Positions 55,524-63,424 are shown, counted from the first letter of the stretch. The stretch is DNA of 64,000 nt from Clostridiales bacterium (GCA_020063565.1 JAICDB010000008.1:39914-103913); one strand, 5' to 3'. Program-made: numbers and translations. The notes: generated by a model not told the origin, from the sequence alone.

Positions 55524-56702
55524 TTATCCCTCGCTATCTTTGCAGACTTGTGTAAAGATATCATAGTATTTCTTTTCTATTACCGGCCAATGATAATTAT
55601 TTGTTACATAATTAAATCCATTTAGAGCTAAGTTTCTATTCAGGCTTTGGCTTGTTAATAAACTAGTTAAAGCTTTGGCAAATTCTTGATAGTTGTGATA
55701 ACAAAAGCCTCCTTGAGAGCGTTGACAGTGACCAGCAGTTACCTTGTTTTTTCCGTTAACGATAACCGGAGTTTTACTTTGCCAGGCTTCAAAAATCGCC
55801 AGTGAAAAGCTTTCCAAAAGAGATGGTTGAATGTAGGTAACTGCATTTTGTAACAAGTGCTGTTTTTTTGGCTCATCAACATACCCTAAAAAAACTATAT
55901 CCTCTCTTTGAGGTAGTTCCATTTGTTTGTCTCCTATTATCACAAACTTAAGGTTTATTTCAGGTTTTTCTTTCTTGTATTTGATAAAAAAATCAATTAA
56001 TTCGTGACAGTTTTTTCCACGGCTAATCCTTCCCATATGCACAATATAAGGTTTGAGAGTAGAAAATTGAGGAAATTCTAAGTGGGAGATTGATGGTTCT
56101 AAGCCAACCCCCACTACGTGATGCCAAGGTTTTATAACCCCAAATCTTTTTAGAGCAAAGTCTTTTTCCTCAGGAGATAGAAAAATAATTGCATCAGGTC
56201 TTTGGAACTCTTCGTCAAAAATAGACATATAGATGGGTCGTTCGTCATGGGCTGTTGGAATCAGAATACTTTTCCCATTAATTAATTGCAGCCCAAAATA
56301 AGTGGTACAATATAAATAAGTGAAGAAAACATGTAAATCATATCTAGTGTTATTGGATTGCAAAAAATCAAAGAGACCGCTGGAATAAGGTCCTTGAGCC
56401 TTTAACCACTCCAGTTCTTCTTCTTTAGAATGGAGCTGATTCTTTAATAATAGATGATGTAACTGATGAAACTTTTTCCCACGAGGATAATCAACTTTAA
56501 ACCGGTGAATTAATATGCCATCTTTGAGCTTACTGCCTTCCGGGTAATGATTTTCCCACGTTACATAGTCCTTAGCACATGTAGTGATAATCTCTATCTG
56601 GAATTTGTTTTTTAGCCTTGTTGCTAATTGGCGGCATAAGCTCTCAGACCCACCAGCTATTTCCTTACCATACCTGTGAATAACAAATGCTACTTTTTCC
56701 AT
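55524..56702 (-). CDS. GT4-family glycosyltransferase
   Basis: 392 aa with PSLLESFSLAIFEAWQSKTPVIV. The stop of this gene lies 2 nt before the start of the frameshifted GT4. Confidence 0.85.
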   Translation of the reverse strand: MEKVAFVIHRYGKEIAGGSESLCRQLATRLKNKFQIEIITTCAKDYVTWENHYPEGSKLKDGILIHRFKVDYPRGKKFHQLHHLLLKNQLHSKEEELEWLKAQGPYSSGLFDFLQSNNTRYDLHVFFTYLYCTTYFGLQLINGKSILIPTAHDERPIYMSIFDEEFQRPDAIIFLSPEEKDFALKRFGVIKPWHHVVGVGLEPSISHLEFPQFSTLKPYIVHMGRISRGKNCHELIDFFIKYKKEKPEINLKFVIIGDKQMELPQREDIVFLGYVDEPKKQHLLQNAVTYIQPSLLESFSLAIFEAWQSKTPVIVNGKNKVTAGHCQRSQGGFCYHNYQEFAKALTSLLTSQSLNRNLALNGFNYVTNNYHWPVIEKKYYDIFTQVCKDSEG

Positions 56703-56816
56703 TTTTCACCCAGCTTTTTAATAATATTTTTTTAATTTTCAAACTAAAAACTACAGCATACAATTAAAGAATTCTCTATAAATCATGGATTTAATAGCCT
56801 ATGATACTTATATCAC

Positions 56817-56843
56817 TATAATATGTCTGTGAAGGAAAAAGGT
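56817..56843 (-). promoter_or_regulatory. sigmaK-type promoter candidate (AC-N16-CATATTATA)
   Basis: The reverse complement reads tttacACctttttccttcacagaCATATTATA. The -10 element lies 114 nt upstream of the ATG at 56702, which is a long leader. Confidence 0.4.
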
Positions 56844-56934
56844 GTAAACTCTAAGAGAGGCAAGTGGCAGTAACTAAATCAGGAAAGAGACATATAATGG
56901 AATAAAAGACAAACTTGAGATAGGGGGTAGGGAA

Positions 56935-57276
56935 ATGGAAGTTGACTATAAAATAATTGCAATTTCAATAATTGCTCTTGCTATGGTCTATACTGGCTTT
57001 ATCAGGCCTTATTTGGTAAAAAGGAACCTCTTAACAAAAGAAATGCTTGAATTGATTGACTATGCCTGTGAACGTGGCGTAGGTTATGCAGAGCAACTTT
57101 ATAAAAGTGATCAATCCATTGATCGGCAGAAAATTGCTTTGGATTTTGCATTTGATGTTGTAAGGAAAGCCGGTATTGTACCGGAAAAGTACCTGGATAT
57201 TATCCGGGGAATTATTGAAGATAAGGTACGTCAGCTGCCAAAGACCCATGATGAGAATGGCGACATAATTATTTAA
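56935..57276 (+). CDS. small membrane-anchored protein, possibly LL-H-type phage-holin-like
   Basis: 113 aa with one N-terminal TM segment (IIAISIIALAMVYTGFI) and a helical C-terminal region (GVGYAEQLYKSDQ...KIALDFAFDVVRKAGI). The family assignment is from memory only. Confidence 0.35.
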   Translation: MEVDYKIIAISIIALAMVYTGFIRPYLVKRNLLTKEMLELIDYACERGVGYAEQLYKSDQSIDRQKIALDFAFDVVRKAGIVPEKYLDIIRGIIEDKVRQLPKTHDENGDIII

Positions 57277-57290
57277 AAGTTACACATAAA

Positions 57291-57336
57291 AGTGGATTCT
57301 TTCCAACTTAACTTCGGAGAGAATCCACTTTAGTTT
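57291..57336 (+). terminator. rho-independent terminator
   Basis: AGTGGATTCT, a 19-nt loop, AGAATCCACT, then TTAGTTTT. Confidence 0.55.
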
Positions 57337-57431
57337 TAAACAATTTCTTTGCAGAAATTAGCGTTTTTTTCTTGCCAGAAAAATATTTAGTTGTATAATT
57401 AATTTTGATTATAATTCAGGGGGCGCTAAAA

Positions 57432-58634
57432 ATGACCATCGGACCAAGGGTATGGAAAACGGGACTAGCAGTAACTTTAGCGCTTTTAGTTTGCGAGAAG
57501 TTAAACCTGCCTTCTCCAATTTTTGCAGCTATCGCAGCGATTGTCGCCATGAGGCCGTCTGTAGCACAGTCAATTATTGACGGCGGTTACAGAATTATTG
57601 CTACTATAATAGGTGGTATTATCGGCTTTTTAGTCCTCTACTACTTTGGTTCAGGACCATTTACAATTGGTTTTGCAGTTATTTTGGCGATACTTATTTG
57701 TAACGGCTTGAAGTTGCAGGAAGCTATAGTCCTCACAGGAATTACTGTTTCTGCAGTTATGGTTGATGTGCAGGGGGATCCCTTTACCTACGCCTGGCAG
57801 CGCCTCCTGGTAACTTTATTGGGAATTGTTATTGGCATAACAGTTAATTTAGTTTTCTTTCCTCCCAGAAGTGAGGAAGCGCTACAAAAAGAAATTAAAA
57901 AGCTTAATTATATGCTGAAGAGTTTTTATATTTATGTGGCTAATGGCTTTTTACATTCTGCAGGTTATGAAAGCCAAGAGGTTGAAGATAAAACTGAAAA
58001 GATACGTTTACAATTTGAAGAGGTGCGTAGGAAATTTTTTGAGTTTAAGAAGGAACTTGGTTATTTAACATCCGGTGAAAAAATAAAAATATATGAAAAA
58101 ATTGTCTCCTACTACTATCTAATTTTTGAAAGGATACAGGGGATTTACTTAACTGAATGGAACCGCAGCAACCGTAATTTAGATTTAAAGGAAGTTACGC
58201 CTGAATATGAAGAAATAATAAAAATTTGCAAGCAGCTTTTGGCTGCAACCATAGGATTGCAGGATTCCCAGACCGATTACTATTTTTTAGACCATGATAA
58301 AGATTTGTATGACTTTGCTTCCTCATGTTCAGATGAGAGCCATAAACTGATAAAAAGACTCAGGTCTAAAATAAGCCAGTGGCACTTGGCGGATATCAAC
58401 CGTGAAAATAATTTATCTTTCCTGGAAATATCACATATAGGTTATGAAATGGAACAAATCTATAGATATTTGAATAAGTCTAAGGATCTATTTAGAAAGC
58501 TTGCGGAACTTGAAGAAAAAAAATCTAAAAACAGGGTTAAAAATTTTTTTTTAAAAGTGCGTGTTCGAAAAGGAGCACGAGAGACACGAGAAGTTCAAGG
58601 CGGCGAAGGCTCTGAGCAGCGGAGCGTACATTGA
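57432..58634 (+). CDS. aromatic acid exporter (ArAE/FUSC, YgaE-like) family membrane protein
   Basis: ORF 57405..58634, with the likely ATG at 57432. The N-terminus is IGPRVWKTGLAVTLALLVCEKLNLPSPIFAAIAAIVAM, followed by a cytoplasmic helical domain. The last ~20 codons run into a GC-rich insert (see findings). Confidence 0.7.
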   Translation: MTIGPRVWKTGLAVTLALLVCEKLNLPSPIFAAIAAIVAMRPSVAQSIIDGGYRIIATIIGGIIGFLVLYYFGSGPFTIGFAVILAILICNGLKLQEAIVLTGITVSAVMVDVQGDPFTYAWQRLLVTLLGIVIGITVNLVFFPPRSEEALQKEIKKLNYMLKSFYIYVANGFLHSAGYESQEVEDKTEKIRLQFEEVRRKFFEFKKELGYLTSGEKIKIYEKIVSYYYLIFERIQGIYLTEWNRSNRNLDLKEVTPEYEEIIKICKQLLAATIGLQDSQTDYYFLDHDKDLYDFASSCSDESHKLIKRLRSKISQWHLADINRENNLSFLEISHIGYEMEQIYRYLNKSKDLFRKLAELEEKKSKNRVKNFFLKVRVRKGARETREVQGGEGSEQRSVH

Positions 58635-58760
58635 AGTACGTGAGCAGCGCGAGGTGTCGAAAAAGGAAAAGACCGGAATAAAATATAATAGTTATTTATA
58701 GCAGTCGTTTGGCAAAAGGCAAAACACTTATTATTTTAAAAAAAAAAGCAAGGGTTAGGC

Positions 58761-59261
58761 TTAACTCTTTTCAACCTTCTCCCTTGCTTCTTTTTGATAT
58801 TTTTCAAATTGCTTTTTGAGTGCGGGGTTATCATTAAAGAAATTCACCAGAGTAATAATATATTTCATGGTATTTTCGCTGATATTATGCTCTATTCCCT
58901 CAACATCTTCGTGAAGGCTTTCCTTAACTCCTATCAAATCTAAAAATTCATATAAAGTATTATGGCGAACTAAAAGATAGTGCCCCAGTTTTTTTCCTGC
59001 AGGGGTCAGGCGAATAATTCCGTATCTTTCATAATTTACGAGACTTTTATCACTTAATTTTTGTACCATTTTTGTTACCGAAGGCGCCTGGACATTTAAA
59101 TAGGAAGCTATGTCATTTATCCGTGTAAATCCCTCATTTTCGCTCAAACGGAAGATCATCTCAAGATAATCTTCCATACTTGCCGTAAGGTCGTTTTTCC
59201 TGCGGTTTTTTACAGCATAACCCCGTGCAGTCAAAAATTTTTCCTTTTTCCAATCATTCAT
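58761..59261 (-). CDS. DtxR/MntR-family metal-dependent transcriptional regulator
   Basis: It has SMEDYLEMIFRLSENEGFTRINDIASYLNVQAPSVTKMVQKL and a dimerisation/metal domain. Confidence 0.8.
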   Translation of the reverse strand: MNDWKKEKFLTARGYAVKNRRKNDLTASMEDYLEMIFRLSENEGFTRINDIASYLNVQAPSVTKMVQKLSDKSLVNYERYGIIRLTPAGKKLGHYLLVRHNTLYEFLDLIGVKESLHEDVEGIEHNISENTMKYIITLVNFFNDNPALKKQFEKYQKEAREKVEKS

Positions 59262-59324
59262 AGTTACGACGTCCTTTAAAGATAGTGTTATTACTATCTT
59301 ATTAAAGAGAGCTGCTTTAGATGC

Positions 59325-60005
59325 TTAATTAGAAGATAATTCCCTGCTTCTTAAACCGGCAATATTTTCTTCTAGTTGAAGTGCATTTACCGGGCAGGAT
59401 GAGACACAAATTCCGCATTTCAAGCAATCGGGATCCTCTACCTCGCCTGTATTTTTATAGGAATTGACGGGTATTTCAAAGGGGCATTTTTTGGCGCAGA
59501 CGCCACAGGATTTACATGCTGAACTTACTTGAACAGGTTTTTTAATGCCTCTACTTGTAAGCATAGCTAAGGTTCCCATTGGGCAAATTTTGCACCAGCT
59601 GCGAGGGCTGTAGAAATACCCCAGAACAATTCCTATGCCTGTGGTAACTAAAACCATATTAAAGAGTACTTTACCGATGGCGAGGATGTCTCCCTCTGTG
59701 AGGTACATGTTGTAACTCATGTAACCCATTAGTACAACAAATACGGACCAGCGTACAAGAGGTTTTTTAAGGAAATCGGGAATTTTACGGTTTTTCGCCC
59801 CTACACGGGTAAGGATTTGGTCAAAGAAACTGCCCCTAGGACAAAACCTCCCGCACCACATTCTACCCTTAAAGATAGCGGTTACAATAGGTGCAACCAT
59901 GCAGATAATTGCTAAGAGTCCGATTGCCGGATTGTAGAATAGTCCACCTAAAATAAAAAGCAAAATAATTGGCCAGTAGTATCTGTTGAAATTGTTTCTT
60001 TTCAT
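59325..60005 (-). CDS. membrane 4Fe-4S ferredoxin-type protein (NapH/MauN-like)
   Basis: ORF 59325..60047, with the likely ATG at 60005 after the RBS GAGGAGG. It has TM segments, CGRFCPRG, CKICPMG, CKSCGVCAKKCP and CLKCGICVSSCP. Confidence 0.75.
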   Translation of the reverse strand: MKRNNFNRYYWPIILLFILGGLFYNPAIGLLAIICMVAPIVTAIFKGRMWCGRFCPRGSFFDQILTRVGAKNRKIPDFLKKPLVRWSVFVVLMGYMSYNMYLTEGDILAIGKVLFNMVLVTTGIGIVLGYFYSPRSWCKICPMGTLAMLTSRGIKKPVQVSSACKSCGVCAKKCPFEIPVNSYKNTGEVEDPDCLKCGICVSSCPVNALQLEENIAGLRSRELSSN

Positions 60006-60152
60006 TGTTCTTACCTCCTCGAAAAAAGTGATATTATATATTAACACATACCCATAAGGGGTATATTTAACGTGATTTATATTATATTAAACATATTTTT
60101 CGCTGTCAATTGTTTTTATATAAAAATATTTGGAAATCATAGTAAACCAAAA

Positions 60153-60184
60153 TAAAAAAAACCGGAACTTGATTAAAGTTCCGG
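60153..60184 (-). terminator. rho-independent terminator (minus strand)
   Basis: CCGGAACTT-gatta-AAGTTCCGG with a T9 run on the minus strand, directly after the small ORF stop. Confidence 0.65.
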
Positions 60185-60186
60185 GC

Positions 60187-60339
60187 TTATTTGAATAGCT
60201 TCTTTAAAAGTTTGTCGGCTTCTCGTCTTTGTTTGGCTATTTGACTTATATCTTCTTTTCTTCCTGAAGATTTATATAATTTTTCAAGGGATTTGCATTG
60301 TTTCTGGTATTGGGCAAGTTTGGCCCTTGACAAGGTCAT
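60187..60339 (-). CDS. 50-aa coiled-coil hypothetical protein (MTLSRAKLAQYQKQCKSLEKLYKSSGRKEDISQIAKQRREADKLLKKLFK)
   Basis: ATG after the RBS GGAGTGAGTG, with a terminator immediately downstream. It is below the ORF-track size cut-off. Confidence 0.4.
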   Translation of the reverse strand: MTLSRAKLAQYQKQCKSLEKLYKSSGRKEDISQIAKQRREADKLLKKLFK

Positions 60340-60551
60340 AACACTCACTCCTTTGAAAATATCTATTACTATTTATTACCAGATAAAGGAAACTTTAAAC
60401 TTGCGCCATCATTATGCATATAAAAAATTTAAATTTACTATTTTATATGTAAAAGAAGCTTCAGAAATGAAAAATTATGTTTTGTTTTTAGCAGGAAATA
60501 ATAAATAAATAATGAAATAGACAAAAAGTGAAAAAATTAGGGGGATTTTTA

Positions 60552-60884
60552 ATGCGGGTAAAATATAAAGTGTGGCTTGTAGATGAAGAAGTTATCCTTG
60601 GTGATGGAGGCTATAGGCTGCTTTCATTAATAGATAAAAACGGCTCCATCAGACAGGCTACTGCCGAAATGGATATTTCCTACAGGCAGGCCTGGGGGAG
60701 AATAAGAAAAATGGAGAAACGCTATAAAAAGCCTTTAGTTGAGACGCATACCGGCGGGCAATCGGGAGGTGGGGCTTCTTTAACCCCGGAAGCAAAAGAA
60801 CTCGTAAAACGCTATCGCTTATTTAGAGCCGAAGTAGATAAGGCAATTAATGATTCCTTTCAAAAATATTTTAGCGACTTATAA
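60552..60884 (+). CDS. ModE N-terminal-domain (winged-helix) regulator without Mop/TOBE domains
   Basis: ORF 60528..60884, with the likely ATG at 60552. It has GSIRQATAEMDISYRQAWGRIRKME...GGQSGGGASLTPEA, the ModE HTH pattern, but is only 110 aa. Confidence 0.75.
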   Translation: MRVKYKVWLVDEEVILGDGGYRLLSLIDKNGSIRQATAEMDISYRQAWGRIRKMEKRYKKPLVETHTGGQSGGGASLTPEAKELVKRYRLFRAEVDKAINDSFQKYFSDL

Positions 60885-60946
60885 TTTGGCTATTAACAAA
60901 GTACTTTATTTTTGCTATTATAAAAGCAACCATAGTTTTTTACAAA

Positions 60947-60970
60947 CGTTATGCAAATAACCACATAACG
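60947..60970. promoter_or_regulatory. inverted repeat CGTTATG-N10-CATAACG (ModE-type operator candidate 1)
   Basis: Perfect 7-bp arms across a 24-bp span, between the regulator gene and tupA. Confidence 0.5.
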
Positions 60971-61038
60971 ACTCGGGGGTGAAAATGGCAAGTTTTTATG
61001 GAGAAACAGGGCTTCAAGAGTTTATTTTTTTTGAAGGG

Positions 61039-61060
61039 GTTATGTTAAAAAATACATAAC
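61039..61060. promoter_or_regulatory. inverted repeat GTTATG-N10-CATAAC (ModE-type operator candidate 2)
   Basis: Same arms and spacing as candidate 1, about 40 nt upstream of the tupA start. Confidence 0.5.
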
Positions 61061-61099
61061 GAGAACTTATCGGGAAATCTTACAATGGGGGTAGGTATA

Positions 61100-61927
61100 A
61101 TGTTTAAAAGTATAGTTAAAAAGACGGTTTTAATGCTTGTTGTGATGATGTTTATCGCACTGGCTTTTGGATGTGCAAATGGACAAGCGGATAAAGAATT
61201 AATTCTGGCAACTACTACCAGCACGTATGATTCCGGGTTGTTAGACTTTTTAATTCCTGAATTTGAAAAAGAGACAGGCTATAATGTAAGCATTTTGGCA
61301 AAAGGAACAGGCGCTTCTCTGGAACTTGGTAAAAGAGGGGACTCTGATGTTCTTCTTGTTCATGCAAAAAGTAGAGAACTAAAGTTAGTTGAAGAAGGCT
61401 ATTTTGTAGACCGTGTCGATGTGATGTATAATGATTTTGTAATTCTTGGAGGCCCTGAAGACCCTGCTAAAATTTCCGGTATGAAGGATGTGGCTGAAGC
61501 CTTTAAGAAAATTGCCAATTCAAAGGCGGAGTTTGCTTCTCGAGGTGATAATTCAGGTACAAACATGAAGGAGCTTGCAATCTGGGAAAAGGCAGGAATT
61601 AAACCTCAAGGTGACTGGTATCTTTCATTGGGACAAGGTATGGGTGACACCCTGAGGGTTGCAAACGAAAAGGGTGCATATACTCTCGCAGACCGGGGAA
61701 CATATTTGGCTATGAAGGATAAGATTAATCTCCAGGTTCTTGTGGAGGGAGACCCCATTTTATTCAATCAATATGGTATAATGGCTGTGAACCCTGACAA
61801 ACATGAAGGGATCAACTATGATGGTGCTAAAGCATTAATCGATTTTATGGTCTCAGAAAAAGGTCAAAAAATGATTGGAGATTATAAAAAGTTTGGTGAG
61901 CAGCTATTTGTACCAAATGCAAAATAG
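61100..61927 (+). CDS. tupA: tungstate ABC transporter substrate-binding lipoprotein TupA
   Basis: ORF 61085..61927, with the likely ATG at 61100. It has the lipobox ALAFGC and the signature ATTTSTYDSGLLDFL. Confidence 0.85.
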   Translation: MFKSIVKKTVLMLVVMMFIALAFGCANGQADKELILATTTSTYDSGLLDFLIPEFEKETGYNVSILAKGTGASLELGKRGDSDVLLVHAKSRELKLVEEGYFVDRVDVMYNDFVILGGPEDPAKISGMKDVAEAFKKIANSKAEFASRGDNSGTNMKELAIWEKAGIKPQGDWYLSLGQGMGDTLRVANEKGAYTLADRGTYLAMKDKINLQVLVEGDPILFNQYGIMAVNPDKHEGINYDGAKALIDFMVSEKGQKMIGDYKKFGEQLFVPNAK

Positions 61928-61962
61928 TGCCATGATGTATTTTCAGGAGTGACAGAAGCTTT

Positions 61963-62661
61963 ATGAATGAAGGATTTTTAAATAACCTCTGGAATGCTTT
62001 GCAGTTGATATTAGCATGGGATACGGAACTTGTACGGATAGTGGGTTTGTCATTGTTTGTTTCAGGGGCAGCAGTGCTTATTGCTGCCCTTTTTGCCATT
62101 CCATTAGGAACATTCCTTGGACTTAAAAATAGCAAGTGGGTACGCTATATATCCAAAATAATATATACTTTTATGGGGCTCCCGCCGGTAGTAGCAGGTT
62201 TGGTGGTTTTTCTCCTTCTCTCCAAGTCAGGCCCCCTTGGAATACTTGAGCTTTTGTGGACTCCCTGGGCAATGATTATTGCTCAGGTTATGCTGGCCCT
62301 ACCTATTATAACGGGACTGACAATGACGGCAATCAAAAGTAAGGATCAAGCAATAGGAAAGACTGCCCTAACCCTTGGAGCAAGTAAATACCAGGCAGCC
62401 TTGGCGGTTATCAGGGAAGCCCGGATTGCTATTATAAGTGCAATAGTTGCAGGATTAGGAAGGGTTATTGCCGAGGTGGGTGCTGTTATGATGGTGGGAG
62501 GAAATATTCAGGGAAAGACCCGGGTAATGACTACAGCCATAGTGCTTGAAACGCGGAAAGGAAATTTTGAAATGGCCTTAAGTTTGGGTATAATTCTTTT
62601 GGTACTGGCTTTTATTATTAACTCGATATTAATGACTATCCAAGGAGAGAAGGATTATTGA
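61963..62661 (+). CDS. tupB: tungstate ABC transporter permease TupB
   Basis: 232-aa polytopic protein in the tupA-tupB-tupC order. Confidence 0.85.
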   Translation: MNEGFLNNLWNALQLILAWDTELVRIVGLSLFVSGAAVLIAALFAIPLGTFLGLKNSKWVRYISKIIYTFMGLPPVVAGLVVFLLLSKSGPLGILELLWTPWAMIIAQVMLALPIITGLTMTAIKSKDQAIGKTALTLGASKYQAALAVIREARIAIISAIVAGLGRVIAEVGAVMMVGGNIQGKTRVMTTAIVLETRKGNFEMALSLGIILLVLAFIINSILMTIQGEKDY

Positions 62662-63374
62662 TAGTGATTGAGCTGAAGAACATTGTCAAGAGCTATGGCG
62701 AAAAAGAGGTCTTAAACATAGAAAGCTTAAAGATTTCCCGGGGAAAGATTTGCGGCATTATGGGGCCGAGCGGTGCAGGAAAGAGCACTTTACTAAGGAT
62801 TATTAACGGCTTGGAGAAGCCTACATCCGGTTCTATCTATTTTGACGGGAAAAAAGTTTCCTTTCCGCCTGAATTGAGCCTCAGACGAAGGATGACAATG
62901 GTTTTCCAGAAGCCTGTACTATTTTCAACTACAGTCTATAACAATGTAATTTATGGCTTAAAAGTAAGGGGCCGGGAAAATAGACAAAAGGTACTGCAAG
63001 CTATAGAATTCGTAGGACTTAAAGGAATGGAAAAAAGAAATGCTTTAAGTCTCTCAGGTGGAGAAGCCCAGAGGATTGCTCTGGCACGGGCTATTGTGCT
63101 GGAACCTGAACTTTTACTTCTAGATGAGCCAACTGCCAACTTGGATCCTGCAAATGTTGAAATAATTGAGAATTTGCTGCTGGAACTTAATTCAAAAAAG
63201 AATACGACTATATTAATTGTTACCCACAACATCTTTCAGGCCAAAAGAATAAGTGAAGAAGTTGTTTTTATGAAAAATGGTTTCGTTATTGAAAAAGGAC
63301 CTACAAATAAGGTTTTCAGTAGGCCTTCAGCCTCGCAAACCGCGGCTTTTATCAAGGGGGAGATGATTTTTTGA
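62658..63374 (+). CDS. tupC: tungstate ABC transporter ATP-binding protein TupC
   Basis: Walker A GPSGAGKST, signature LSGGEAQR and Walker B LLLLDEP. Confidence 0.85.
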   Translation: MIVIELKNIVKSYGEKEVLNIESLKISRGKICGIMGPSGAGKSTLLRIINGLEKPTSGSIYFDGKKVSFPPELSLRRRMTMVFQKPVLFSTTVYNNVIYGLKVRGRENRQKVLQAIEFVGLKGMEKRNALSLSGGEAQRIALARAIVLEPELLLLDEPTANLDPANVEIIENLLLELNSKKNTTILIVTHNIFQAKRISEEVVFMKNGFVIEKGPTNKVFSRPSASQTAAFIKGEMIF

Positions 63375-63424
63375 CTTTGACTTAGTCCGCGACTTAGTTT
63401 ACCATATAATTGAGGTGATGGCTT

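Noticed and set aside
60971-61084. Moco/tungsten-cofactor riboswitch in the tupA leader
   Set aside because: I could not recognise the conserved Moco-motif core in this ~110-nt leader. The symmetric protein-operator-like repeats explain the region better. An Infernal scan would be needed to exclude it formally.
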